NCBI GenBank assembly: GCA_963726745.1
Contig: CAVSDR010000002.1
Span: forward strand, 256,001 to 320,000
Direction: 5' to 3'
DNA length: 64,000 nt
Origin: an uncultured Verrucomicrobiae bacterium
Lineage (GTDB): Bacteria; Verrucomicrobiota; Verrucomicrobiia; Chthoniobacterales; UBA10450
Made by a program: the position numbers and the translations under genes
In this document: one piece after another, positions 41,895-51,510 of the stretch
Layout: every line of letters starts with the position of its first letter
Position numbering within the stretch: the stretch's first letter is position 1
The notes under the pieces: model-generated
The model's database searches: none
Seen by the model: only the letters and a program-made list of their open reading frames with translations
Told to the model about the DNA's origin: nothing

Positions 41895-42775
41895 GAAGCG
41901 TCGGCGGTGGCCGCGGGCGCGTCCTCGACGTTCGCGGCCGGGGCAAAATAGCCGAGCAATTGCCCGAGCTGCGCGCGCATCCGCTTGCGGTGCACGATCA
42001 AGTCAATCAAGCCATGCTCCTCGAGGAACTCGGCGGTCTGGAAACCGGAGGGTAAATCCTGGTGCGTAGTTTCCTTGATCACGCGGGGCCCGGCGAAACC
42101 GACCATCGCCCGCGGCTCGGCCATGATGATGTCGCCTAACGAGGCAAAGCTCGCCATCACGCCGGCGGTGGTGGGATTAGTCAGCACACTGATGTAGGGC
42201 AAGCCTTCGCAGGCGTGGCGGGCGAGGGCGCCGCTGGTCTTGGCCATCTGCATGAGGCTGAGCATGCCTTCATACATGCGCGCGCCGCCGGAGGCGGAAA
42301 CGATGATGACCGCAGCGCGATGGGCCGTGCCCCATTCGATGATGCGGGTGATGCGCTCACCCACGACCGAGCCCATGGTCGCGGCCAGGAAGCTGAAATC
42401 CATCACCGCGATGGCGACCGGGTAGCCTTCGATCGCGCCGTGACCGCTCAGGACCGCATCGGTCAGGCCGGTGCTGGCCTGGTATTTCTTCAAGCGATCC
42501 TCGTAGCTGGCCATGCCCTGGAAGCGGAGGGTGTCGATCGAGCGCAGGTTGCTGTCGTGCTCCTCGAAGCTGCCGGGATCGAGCAGGTTTTCGATCCGGT
42601 CCTTGGCCGTGAGTGAGAAATGGTAATCGCACCGCGGGCAAACGCGCAGGTTCTGCGTGAGCTCGATCTCGTGCACGACTTCGTTGCAGCCGGGACATTT
42701 CTGCCAAAGGCCTTGCGGCATCTCGCGCCGGCGGCGGCTCTCGGTTTTCAGGTCGGGACGCTTGAAGATGGCCAT
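41891..42775 (-). CDS. accD: Acetyl-CoA carboxylase carboxyltransferase beta subunit
   Basis: W.KCPGC...CPRC zinc finger, SGGARM.EG, FAGPRVI, FQTAEFL. Confidence 0.95.
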   Translation of the reverse strand: MAIFKRPDLKTESRRRREMPQGLWQKCPGCNEVVHEIELTQNLRVCPRCDYHFSLTAKDRIENLLDPGSFEEHDSNLRSIDTLRFQGMASYEDRLKKYQASTGLTDAVLSGHGAIEGYPVAIAVMDFSFLAATMGSVVGERITRIIEWGTAHRAAVIIVSASGGARMYEGMLSLMQMAKTSGALARHACEGLPYISVLTNPTTAGVMASFASLGDIIMAEPRAMVGFAGPRVIKETTHQDLPSGFQTAEFLEEHGLIDLIVHRKRMRAQLGQLLGYFAPAANVEDAPAATADAS

Positions 42776-42790
42776 GGATTCTTGGATTCG

Positions 42791-43519
42791 TTAGGCGCGG
42801 GCGGCGGTCGCGGCATGGACCGAGAGCGCGCCCGCTTTCCGGAGCACGCGGGCGCATTCGCTCAAGGTCGAGCCGGTCGTTAGAACATCATCGATCACGA
42901 GCACGCGCAACCCTCGCACGTCCGCCTTTTTTCGTAAACGAAACGCATCGCGCAAGTTTTCCATGCGCGCGCTGCGATCGAAAACCGTCTGCGTGGTGGT
43001 AAAGCGGATGCGCTCGAGCACCGGCGCGAGCGGGAGCTGGCGGCGCGCGCAGAGGAGCTCGGCCAGAAGCGCGGCCTGATTGAAGCCGCGTTCGCGTTCC
43101 CGCGCGGGATGCAGCGGCACCGGCACCACGAGATCAAAACGGCGGCCGCGCAGTCGCGGGTCATCGAGCGTCTCGCAGAGCCAGTCGGCGACTGGATGCC
43201 GCAGATGGAGCGCGTGTCCGTATTTGAATTGGTGGACCAGCTTCCGCACCAGGCCGCGGCTGCGGTAGGCTGCGACCGCGCATTCGAAATGGAGACGGCG
43301 ACCGGCGCAATTCGCGCAGGAAAACGTCTGCGTGATCTCGCCGGCAAACGGCTCCGAGCAGGTGGCGCAGAACGGCGGCGTGATCCGCGGCGCCTTCGCT
43401 TGGCAGCCCGCGCAGAGATATTCTCCAGCCGCGATCGGCCGGAGGCATTCCTCGCAAAGGCTAGGGTAAAAGAGGGAGGCGAGAGCTTCCAGCGGACAGA
43501 CGAGTGCGCGCGTGAACAT
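42791..43519 (-). CDS. comF: ComF family protein (double zinc ribbon + PRTase)
   Basis: CxxC clusters, PVPLH..R.RERGFNQ, IDDVLTTGST. Confidence 0.88.
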   Translation of the reverse strand: MFTRALVCPLEALASLFYPSLCEECLRPIAAGEYLCAGCQAKAPRITPPFCATCSEPFAGEITQTFSCANCAGRRLHFECAVAAYRSRGLVRKLVHQFKYGHALHLRHPVADWLCETLDDPRLRGRRFDLVVPVPLHPARERERGFNQAALLAELLCARRQLPLAPVLERIRFTTTQTVFDRSARMENLRDAFRLRKKADVRGLRVLVIDDVLTTGSTLSECARVLRKAGALSVHAATAARA

Positions 43520-44357
43520 GCCAGAGGTGCAGGAGCAGCCAGCTAAGCAGCGCCACCGCCAGCGGAGCAATCCCAATCAGCAGGCTCTTGCCGATCCACG
43601 GGAGCGCGACGAACTCGCGCCGGGCGATTTTGTTGAAGAGCGCGCTGGCAAAAATCCAGCCGCCGTGCAGCCCGATCGGCAGCCAGAGCGAGCGCGTGCG
43701 CAGGCGCGCATCGGCCAGGATCCAGGCGAGCAGAAAAAGCGTGGTGAAACCGGCCAGGACGAGGAGCGGCTCCTGGAACTGCGAAAAGGCGTGGCCGATC
43801 GAGACCAGACCGGAATTCCACGCGACGACGGGCGAAGTCTGCTCGGGCGCTTTCAGGAAATGCAGGATCGAGAAAAGCGCTGAGCTAAAGAAAGTGGCGA
43901 GCATGGGCGTCGTCGTGCGCAAGAGCGCGCCGAGGATGAGCCCGCGGAAAAGCGGCTCCTCGATGAACGGAACGACGACAGCCGACAAGGTGCGCGAGAG
44001 AATTTCCCCGATGGGAAAATGCCCGCGCAGGCTGTAAACCCCCAGCGAGATCAGGAGCCCGCCCAGGCCGAGCAGGGGAACCGCAGCGATCCCGAAGCCG
44101 GCGCCCAAGTCGCGCCAGCGGCGGGGATTTTTCTCCAAACCCAGCTCGCCGAGGCTCCGGATTTTAAGCGACCGAAGCAGCGGCCAGAAGAGCAGCAGCG
44201 CCCAGACGAGGAGCGCGCGATGGAAGAATGTCTCGAAGTCGTAGCGCGCGAGGAAAGCGAAGCGATCGTGCGTGAGCCAGTAGATCCAGGGCGCGGTCAA
44301 AGCCCCGAGCAGCAAGGTGGCAACGAAATAGCCGAGCAGGCGGGCTGCGTCTTTCAA
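43461..44357 (-). CDS. CPBP (CAAX/Abi) intramembrane metalloprotease
   Basis: EEPLFRG, FSILH, SLW.PIGLH. Confidence 0.85.
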   Translation of the reverse strand: MKDAARLLGYFVATLLLGALTAPWIYWLTHDRFAFLARYDFETFFHRALLVWALLLFWPLLRSLKIRSLGELGLEKNPRRWRDLGAGFGIAAVPLLGLGGLLISLGVYSLRGHFPIGEILSRTLSAVVVPFIEEPLFRGLILGALLRTTTPMLATFFSSALFSILHFLKAPEQTSPVVAWNSGLVSIGHAFSQFQEPLLVLAGFTTLFLLAWILADARLRTRSLWLPIGLHGGWIFASALFNKIARREFVALPWIGKSLLIGIAPLAVALLSWLLLHLWHVHARTRLSAGSSRLPLLP

Positions 44358-44382
44358 GATTCTATTGTAGGGTGGCGCGCCG

Positions 44383-44640
44383 ATGCCTCAACACGTTTGG
44401 AAAGAGAAGGACGCCGAAGGTCGCAAGCGCGAGGTGCGCGTCACCAAGTTCGGCGGCGAATGGAAGTTCCAGGCCAAGTATCTCGACGAGGGGATCTGGA
44501 CCTACTACGACCGGCCGCTCCCGGACGACCTGACTTACCTGCGCGATCTCATTTTCCGAAAATACCAGCGCCGCCGTGCTTCCTCGGAGGACGTGGAGGC
44601 GATCGATCGGCTGCTGCAGATCTATGCCGCCGAAGGCTAA
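44383..44640 (+). CDS. Conserved hypothetical protein
   Basis: 85 aa charged/aromatic protein (WKE...G.KREVR, WTYYD.P, RKYQRRR); overlaps bioA start. Confidence 0.7.
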   Translation: MPQHVWKEKDAEGRKREVRVTKFGGEWKFQAKYLDEGIWTYYDRPLPDDLTYLRDLIFRKYQRRRASSEDVEAIDRLLQIYAAEG

Positions 44641-45935
44641 GTGGGAAACGGCAGCCCTGCGCGCGGCGGATCAGCGGCACGTCTGGCATCCGTTTACCGC
44701 GATGACGGAGTGGTGCGCGCCGGAGCACGAGCCGATCGTGCTCGTGCGAGGCGAGGGGGCGCTGCTTTGGGACAGCGAGGGACGGGAATACCTCGACGGG
44801 AATTCCTCCATCTGGACGAACATCCACGGGCATAATCATCCGCGCATCAACGCGGCGATTAGACAGCAACTTGAGCGCGTGGCGCACACGTCCTTTCTCG
44901 GGTTCAGCAATCCGCCCGCGATCCAGCTCGCGGAGAAAATCGTGGGTCTTTTCCCGCCGGAAACCCTGAGCCGCGTCTTCTTTTCCGACGACGGTTCGAC
45001 CGCGATGGAGGCCGCCTTGCGGATGGTGGAGCAATATTGGCAGCTGGAAGGCGAACCGCGCGGGGAGTTGGTTGCCTTCCGGCAGGGATACCACGGCGAT
45101 ACCGCCGGCGCCGCCAGCCTTGGCGCGCACCGGATGTTCCGGGAGAATCGCACCGCGTGGCGGTTTCCGGTCAGGCAAGTCGCGAGCGTGGCGGAACTGG
45201 ACGGATTTACCGAAGACGAGCGCGCGCGGCGTGGCGGCGGTGGTGATCGAGCCGCTGGTCCAGGGTGCCGCCGGGATGAGACTTTGGCCAAAGGGGATGT
45301 TGCGGGACCTGCGGGCCTGGTGCGACCGGGCTGGGGCCCTGCTGGTGCACGATGAAGTGCTAACGGGATTTGGGCGGACGGGCACGATGTTCGCGGGGGA
45401 ACAGGAGAACGTCACTCCGGATATTTGTATTCTCGGTAAAGCGCTGACTGGAGGCTATCTTCCGTTGGCATTAACTCTCACCACGGAGAAAGTATTCGCG
45501 CCCTTTCTGCGCCGTTCTGGCGCGGAATCGACGCTCTTTTATGGTCACAGCTATAGCGGAAATGCGCTCGGGGCTGCGGCGGCACTCGCGAGCTTGCAAA
45601 TCTTTCAGGAGGAGAAAGTGCTGGCTAATTTGCAGGGGAAAATCCGCCTGTTGGAGTCGGGACTGGCGGCATTGGCCAAGCTTCCAGAGGTGACGGAAAC
45701 GCGGCAGTGCGGCTTCATTTCCGCGGTCGAGCTCGCCGGCGACGCGGCGGACGCTCGCGCGGTTTGCGTGGCCGCCCGCGCCTTTGGTTTGCTCACCCGG
45801 CCGATTCAAAACAGCGTCGTTCTGCTCCCGCCATTCTGCATCACGGAGGAGCAGTTGCGGCAAGCGACAACGGCAATTGGCCGGGCGATCGCGCAGGTGT
45901 TTGCGGCCGCGCCGCGGGAGGCGGTGAGCGTCTAG
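44624..45935 (+). CDS. bioA: 7,8-diaminopelargonate aminotransferase (frameshift near 45225)
   Basis: VWHPFT, YLDG.SS.W...HGH, FFSDDGS, YHGDT, EPLVQGA, DEV.TGFGRTG, K.LTGGYLPL. Confidence 0.9.
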
Positions 45936-45937
45936 CG

Positions 45938-46678
45938 ATGGCCAGGCGGATGCGATTGGATACGCTGCTGGTCGAGCGCGGACTTTGCCCGAGCCGCGAA
46001 CAGGCGCAGCGCGCGGTCATGGCCGGGCAGGTGCGCACGGGCGACCGGGTGCTCTTGAAGTCGTCGGTTTTGCTCGAGCCGACCGCGGATTTAATCGTGG
46101 CTGCGCCGCCGAAATACGTCGGGCGCGGCGGCTTCAAGCTGGAAGGGGCGCTGGAGCATTTCGCGATTGATCCTGCTGGCAAAATCGCCCTCGACATCGG
46201 CGCGTCCACGGGCGGCTTTACCGATTGCCTGCTGCAACGCGGGGCGGCCAAGGTCTACGCGATCGACGTGGGCCACGGCCAGCTCGCCTGGAAAATCCGG
46301 AATGACCCGCGCGTGGTCGTGCGCGAAAACCTGAACGCGCGCCACCTGAGCGCGGACGATATTCCGGAGCCGATCGATCTCTGCGTAATCGATGTCTCGT
46401 TTATTTCCCTGACTTTGATCTTGCCGCGCGCCTTCGAGTTGTTAACTCCAAGCGGAGTGGTCCTGGCGCTGATCAAACCGCAATTTGAGCTGCAATCGGC
46501 CGACGTCGGTCGCGGCGGGATCGTGAGCGACCCGGCACTGCACGGGAAAGCACAGCGGAAGATCGAGGAATTCGTCCGCGCCGCGGGCGAGGAAGTGGTG
46601 GGGCTGGTGCCGTCGCGGATCACGGGAATGGATGGGAACCAGGAGTTTTTTTTATGCGTCCGCAAAGCATCGGCCTGA
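45938..46678 (+). CDS. tlyA: TlyA-family rRNA methyltransferase
   Basis: S4 RLD.LLV.RGL..SRE, YV.RGG.KL, DIGASTGGFTD.LLQ, DVSFISL, KPQFE. Confidence 0.93.
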   Translation: MARRMRLDTLLVERGLCPSREQAQRAVMAGQVRTGDRVLLKSSVLLEPTADLIVAAPPKYVGRGGFKLEGALEHFAIDPAGKIALDIGASTGGFTDCLLQRGAAKVYAIDVGHGQLAWKIRNDPRVVVRENLNARHLSADDIPEPIDLCVIDVSFISLTLILPRAFELLTPSGVVLALIKPQFELQSADVGRGGIVSDPALHGKAQRKIEEFVRAAGEEVVGLVPSRITGMDGNQEFFLCVRKASA

Positions 46679-47523
46679 TCGCGCACACGGGAAAGCCGGG
46701 GGCGGCGGAGCTGGTCCGAGCGGTCATGGAGGAATTTGCCCAAGTCGGGCTCCCGGTGCTGCTTGAGAAAGAAACGGCGCGCCTTGCTGGGCTCGCGTCG
46801 GAGTATTCAACGAGCGATCTCGGGCGCAAGACCGACCTGCTCGTGGTCCTCGGCGGCGACGGCACGATCTTGAACGCCGTGGGGCAATTAGGCGACGAGA
46901 TCAAACCGATCTTTGGGATCAACATCGGCTCGCTCGGCTTCCTGACCTGCGCCGCCTCGAGCGCCTATCGCGAGGCGGTCGCAAGCATCGCCGCCGGGCG
47001 GATCGAATTTAGCCAGCGCGCTCTACTCGACGTGCAGCTCGACCCGGTGGGGCCGGCAAAGGACCGCGTACTGCGCTGCTTGAACGATGCAGTCTTCAGC
47101 CGTGGCGAGATCTCGCGCCTCATCCGGCTGGTCGTGCGGGTGGATGGCGAGGCGCTCACAGAATTTAACGCCGACGGCTTGATCCTGGCCACGCCCACGG
47201 GCTCCACCGCTTACTCGCTCAGCGCCGGCGGACCGATTCTGGCGCCCAATTCCGGTGCGTTTGTGATCACCCCGATTTGCCCGCATACGCTCTCGAACCG
47301 TTCGATCATCGTGCCGGATTCCGCGGTCATCGAAGTGGAGGCGGCGGAGCGGGATTACCCGGTTTTCCTTACGGTCGACGGCCGGGAGCCGGTGCACGTC
47401 GAGCGCGGCTCAGTCGTGACTGTCCGTAAAGCGGCGCAATCGCTTCCGCTGGCGGCCTTGCCCGGCGTTTCCTTCTTCAGCGTCGTCCGGCAGAAACTGA
47501 AGTGGCGCGGGAGCAACGTTTAG
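46654..47523 (+). CDS. nadK: NAD kinase
   Basis: LGGDGT, N.G.LGFL, ND, DGLI.ATPTGSTAYSLSAGGP. Confidence 0.95.
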   Translation: MRPQSIGLIAHTGKPGAAELVRAVMEEFAQVGLPVLLEKETARLAGLASEYSTSDLGRKTDLLVVLGGDGTILNAVGQLGDEIKPIFGINIGSLGFLTCAASSAYREAVASIAAGRIEFSQRALLDVQLDPVGPAKDRVLRCLNDAVFSRGEISRLIRLVVRVDGEALTEFNADGLILATPTGSTAYSLSAGGPILAPNSGAFVITPICPHTLSNRSIIVPDSAVIEVEAAERDYPVFLTVDGREPVHVERGSVVTVRKAAQSLPLAALPGVSFFSVVRQKLKWRGSNV

Positions 47524-47543
47524 CCAGCGCTTTCACTGGACGG

Positions 47544-47580
47544 AAAAAGGGCCAGCCGAACAATCCGCTCAGCTGGCCCT
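47544..47580 (-). terminator. Rho-independent terminator-like hairpin
   Basis: AGGGCCAGC...GCTGGCCCT stem next to an A5 tract (U-tract on minus), downstream of 47619..48032. Confidence 0.6.
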
Positions 47581-47618
47581 CGATTCGAACGGAGCGCCAC
47601 GGCTCCGTAGCGGGAAAG

Positions 47619-48032
47619 TTACTTCACTTTCTTATACTGCATCGCCGCGCCCGTCGGGCCGGTCATCTCCATGGTGTCGCCGCTGATTTTGACCGGGAAG
47701 GTCTGTTCGCCCATGGCCGCCATGGCGCCTTCAAAGGTCACTTTCACGTGACCCGCGTCGGGCATCGAGTAGGTGCCGGTGACAACGTCGCCGCTGGAGA
47801 GCTTCTCGGTCATTTTGCCGTCCGCGCCGTAGGTGATGGTCTCTGCGCCGTCGGCGTCCTGCCAGGTGCCCACGAGGGCGTTTGCGCCTTTGGCGGGAGC
47901 GCCTGCTTTGGCGGTGCCGGTGGTCTTCTCGGCCGAAGGCGTTGGCGTGGCGTCGGCCTTATCGGATTTTGAGCACGAGGCGAGGGTGGCCAGCGTTGCC
48001 GCGGCCAAGGTGAGAGTGGTGAGTTTGTTCAT
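47619..48032 (-). CDS. Lipoprotein, beta-rich domain
   Basis: Lipobox LASC, Ala/Thr/Pro linker, LVGTW...G.Y. Confidence 0.75.
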   Translation of the reverse strand: MNKLTTLTLAAATLATLASCSKSDKADATPTPSAEKTTGTAKAGAPAKGANALVGTWQDADGAETITYGADGKMTEKLSSGDVVTGTYSMPDAGHVKVTFEGAMAAMGEQTFPVKISGDTMEMTGPTGAAMQYKKVK

Positions 48033-48221
48033 CGAAGTGGATCCTGCTGTCTAATTGGTGGTGATGTGGTGCCCTGGCACGTGGAGGCGCGAACAGGGAA
48101 CCGCGCATACACAGCATAAACGGCCCCAGCGCAAGTCACTAAGGCGGTTCGCTGCGAGAATTTCCTTCTGGGAGCGAATCGCTGTCCTCCCACGGCACGA
48201 CGGGTGCTCCCCAAGGACGCG

Positions 48222-49019
48222 ATGAGTTTTGTAAGAGTCCGTCAATTCGTGGCCATGATGACCTTTGCCGCAGGGGCGCAGTTCGCGCCCGTGGCCAAAG
48301 GGAGCGTCATTTTCCGTTACGATTTCCCCGGCACACCCGGAAACGGAGCCGTCTCCGCACAAACTTCGCCGCAGCCAGCTGGCGCCGTCTTCAGCGATTT
48401 CGTGCGGGTGAACCTGACGCCAGATCCAAACGCTTACGCAAACGAATTTACCTCGATCGGCTACGCCCATCCGACGCTCGACCTGACGCAATACGCCGGA
48501 TTCAGCATCAACGCTCAGCCCGGGCAGACCCTGAACCTAACCAGCCTGACCTTCGACACGATGCATCACGCGTCGGGACCCACGAAGGAATACATTTACC
48601 TTTATCTGAATGGCGACTTTTCCACGTCCTATGCCAGCCAGTTCTTTAGTGGCACCACCACCGTGGACTTTATATTCACCGCGCTGACCTCGGCAGATAA
48701 TGTGACCCGCGTCGATTTCCGTTTCTATGGCTACAACGCCGGCAAACCAGAAGGCTCCAACGGCCTGGGGAACGTGATCATCAATGGGGATTTCGGCATC
48801 GCTCCGGTACCCGAAGTTTCCGCTCTCGTCCCGCTGGTGGCCCTTGGAATCGCCATTGCCTTACACGCAAACCGCCGGCGGTTAGCTCCTTCGCGAAAGC
48901 TCGCTAAGACACTCTCCGGAAGCGATCGCCGCGATTCGGCGTGCGCGTTTGTCGACGCGGCGAGACCGCCACCTCCGAAACGGCGGCGCCGGCGGATAGT
49001 CTCAACGACGAAGCGCTGA
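48222..49019 (+). CDS. PEP-CTERM-type surface protein
   Basis: Signal peptide; beta-rich body; VPEVSALVPLVALGIAIALHANRRR; lower GC. Confidence 0.7.
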   Translation: MSFVRVRQFVAMMTFAAGAQFAPVAKGSVIFRYDFPGTPGNGAVSAQTSPQPAGAVFSDFVRVNLTPDPNAYANEFTSIGYAHPTLDLTQYAGFSINAQPGQTLNLTSLTFDTMHHASGPTKEYIYLYLNGDFSTSYASQFFSGTTTVDFIFTALTSADNVTRVDFRFYGYNAGKPEGSNGLGNVIINGDFGIAPVPEVSALVPLVALGIAIALHANRRRLAPSRKLAKTLSGSDRRDSACAFVDAARPPPPKRRRRRIVSTTKR

Positions 49020-49319
49020 TCGTCGGGCTGGCGTCGTTGTTTAAGCGGCCCACAACGACCGCGTGTGACCTGGCAGGGGATTCAATTAATGACAGCTGCG
49101 CACACACTCTTTGGATTTCATATGACATATATTGTATGACGTTATCGGACAGGGTTCTGAGCGACCCACTTTTCTGTCAAAACACTTCCTAAATAGCGGT
49201 AGCAGCCGCTTCACCCGTCTATAGCGGGCGTAGGCAACAAAGATCACAAAACAGACTGAAAATTTCTCGTCACAACTACAAGTATCTCATTTCGAACAAC
49301 TTACTGGAGTGCAGTAGCG

Positions 49320-49347
49320 TTGACGGATCAGCTCAGAGCTTTACAAT
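49320..49347 (+). promoter_or_regulatory. Sigma70-like promoter
   Basis: TTGACG-N16-TACAAT downstream of an AT-rich tract, 7 nt before the tRNA-like element. Confidence 0.65.
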
Positions 49348-49354
49348 TGGAGCC

Positions 49355-49456
49355 GACCGCCGTGGTAGAAAGGAAAGCATACCACCGCTAAAGCCTGACG
49401 TTGGCCGACGCCAGCTAGGTGGAGATACAGGTTCAAATCCTGTCGGTGAGTCGTCA
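49355..49456 (+). ncRNA. tRNA-like RNA or tRNA pseudogene with expanded anticodon loop
   Basis: Acceptor-like GACCGCCG/CGGTG(A)GTC, D-loop with GG, CCACC/GGTGG stem around 31 nt, AGAT, perfect T-arm ACAGG-TTCAAAT-CCTGT, 3' G-TCA. Confidence 0.6.
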
Positions 49457-49472
49457 AGCTTCATCTCGTCCG

Positions 49473-49961
49473 GTGACCTCCCAGTCCTCATCCGTCTGCT
49501 TTCCGAGTGATAGCTTCATCCTGCGAGCGCCGGATTCCCCGATTGAATGGGAGCGCTATTTCGACCTTCGTTGGCGAATCTTGCGGGAGCCTTGGCAGCA
49601 ACCTCGCGGCAGCGAGCGCGACGCCTTGGAGGATTCCGCGACGCAACGCGCACTTTGGACGCCGGACGCGGTGCCCGTGGCGATCGGCCGGGTGCATTTG
49701 AACGGCGCGACCGAAGCTCAGGTTCGCTATATGGCGGTCGAGCCCGCGTTTGCCTGCCGCGGCCTGGGATCAAGAGTCCTCCGTGCCCTCGAGTCGGCGG
49801 CGATCGACCTTGGCGCCCAGACCGTGATTCTCAATTCGCGCCGCGGCGCACAGGGTTTTTACGAGCGGCACGGCTATGCAGTGGAAGGTCCGGCAGAGAC
49901 CATGTTCGGTAGGATTGAGCACGTCCGAATGCAGAAAAACCTCCGCCGCAAAGCGGTTTAG
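49473..49961 (+). CDS. GNAT acetyltransferase (YiiD-like); start approximate
   Basis: YF.LRW.ILR.PW.QP.GSE.D, QVRYMAV, GLGS, A.GFYERHGY. Confidence 0.85.
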   Translation: MTSQSSSVCFPSDSFILRAPDSPIEWERYFDLRWRILREPWQQPRGSERDALEDSATQRALWTPDAVPVAIGRVHLNGATEAQVRYMAVEPAFACRGLGSRVLRALESAAIDLGAQTVILNSRRGAQGFYERHGYAVEGPAETMFGRIEHVRMQKNLRRKAV

Positions 49962-50028
49962 GCGACATTTTGTCAGATTGTCGGAATTTGCGAAAACCAT
50001 CCGGCCCGGTTGGGACGTAGATTGAACA

Positions 50029-50160
50029 ATGAAAAACTACCTCATGCCCTTGGCTCTGCTCACCCTGACCGCCATCCTGGCCGGTTGCGCCGCAGATACC
50101 ACCACGACGACGACCACGACCCGGACCGATCGCACAAAGACCTCGATGTACGCCCGCTAG
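50029..50160 (+). CDS. 43-aa Thr-rich lipoprotein (below the ORF-track cutoff)
   Basis: MKNYLMPLALLTLTAILAG-C-AADTTTTTTTTRTDRTKTSMYAR*; canonical LAGC lipobox. Confidence 0.7.
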   Translation: MKNYLMPLALLTLTAILAGCAADTTTTTTTTRTDRTKTSMYAR

Positions 50161-50199
50161 GCGCCACCTCCGAGTTTTCCCCCGCAAAGCCGCGGCTGC

Positions 50200-51447
50200 C
50201 TACGGTCGCGGTTTTGCGGGAGCCGATCCGGCAAAGTTGGTGAGCTTGAAGGTCTGGTGCGTCAGCCGCGCCGCGTTGTCGGCGTCTTTCTCGGCAATGA
50301 CCACGGTGATTTTGATCTCAGAGGTCGAGATCAATTCAATATTCACCTTGCCCTGCCCGAGGCATTCGAAAAGCCGAGCCGCGACCCCGGAATGCGAGCG
50401 CATGCCAATGCCGACGACGCTCAGCTTGGCCATGTCGCCCTGAGAAATCAGCCGTTTCGCGCCGATTTCCCGCGCCACTGGCTCCAGGAGCGCCTCGACG
50501 CGGGCGCGATCGTCTTCGTGGACGGTGAAGGAAATATCGGTCGTGTTCCGGTCCGAGGCGCTTTGCACGATCACGTCCACGGAAATATTAGCCGACGAGA
50601 CGGCGCTGAAGATTCTCCCAGCCGCGCCCGGCGTATCCGGCACGTCGTCGAGCGTCACCTTGGCCTGCTTCCGCTCGATGCTGACGCCGCGAATGACGAC
50701 GTCCTCCATGTGCGCGGTCTCTTCCTTGGCGATCGTGCCCGGGTTGCGGTTGAAGCTCGAGCGCACCTCAAACGGGATGCCGAACTTTTTCGCAAACTCG
50801 ACCGCGCGCGATTGCATGACCTTGGAGCCCGAACCGGCCATCTCCAGAAGCTCGTCGTAGGCGATTTCGTCGAGCTTGCTCGCGTCTTGCACCACCCGCG
50901 GATCGCAGGTGAACACGCCGTCGACATCAGTGTAAATCTGGCAAGCCTCGGCGTTGAGCGCGCCTGCCAAGGCGATCGCGGTCAAGTCCGAGCCGCCGCG
51001 GCCGAGCGTAGTGGTTTCGCCCTCGATCGTCTGCCCCTGGAACCCGGCGACCACGACCACGAAGCCGTCGGAGAGCAGCTCGTGGATCGCCTTTGGGTTG
51101 ATGTTCGCGATCTTCGCCTTCGTGTGGTGGCGATCGGTCACGATCCCGGCCTGCGCGCCGGTGAGCGAGATCGCTTTCCCGCCGAGCGCATTTACCGCCA
51201 TGGCCACGAGCGCAATCGAGGCATGCTCGCCGGTGGCGAGGAGCACGTCCATCTCGCGCTCGAGCGGCTGCGCCGAGATCTGGCGCGCTAATTTCACCAG
51301 CCCATCAGTCACGCCCGCCATTGCCGAGATGACTGCGACCACGCGGTGGCCTTCGCGCTGTGTCTCCAGGAGACGCTCCGCCACTTTCCGGATGCGTTCC
51401 GGATTACCGACGGACGTGCCGCCGAATTTTTGGACGATCAAAGGCAT
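50200..51447 (-). CDS. lysC: Aspartate kinase
   Basis: VQKFGGTSV, TTLGRGGSD, YTDVDG..T.DPR, two ACT domains, STSEIK. Confidence 0.95.
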   Translation of the reverse strand: MPLIVQKFGGTSVGNPERIRKVAERLLETQREGHRVVAVISAMAGVTDGLVKLARQISAQPLEREMDVLLATGEHASIALVAMAVNALGGKAISLTGAQAGIVTDRHHTKAKIANINPKAIHELLSDGFVVVVAGFQGQTIEGETTTLGRGGSDLTAIALAGALNAEACQIYTDVDGVFTCDPRVVQDASKLDEIAYDELLEMAGSGSKVMQSRAVEFAKKFGIPFEVRSSFNRNPGTIAKEETAHMEDVVIRGVSIERKQAKVTLDDVPDTPGAAGRIFSAVSSANISVDVIVQSASDRNTTDISFTVHEDDRARVEALLEPVAREIGAKRLISQGDMAKLSVVGIGMRSHSGVAARLFECLGQGKVNIELISTSEIKITVVIAEKDADNAARLTHQTFKLTNFAGSAPAKPRP

Positions 51448-51510
51448 GATGAGGCGCGCGGGATTTGGACCTTATATCGGCGCGAGTGGCAACCGTTTTT
51501 CGTGAACCAG

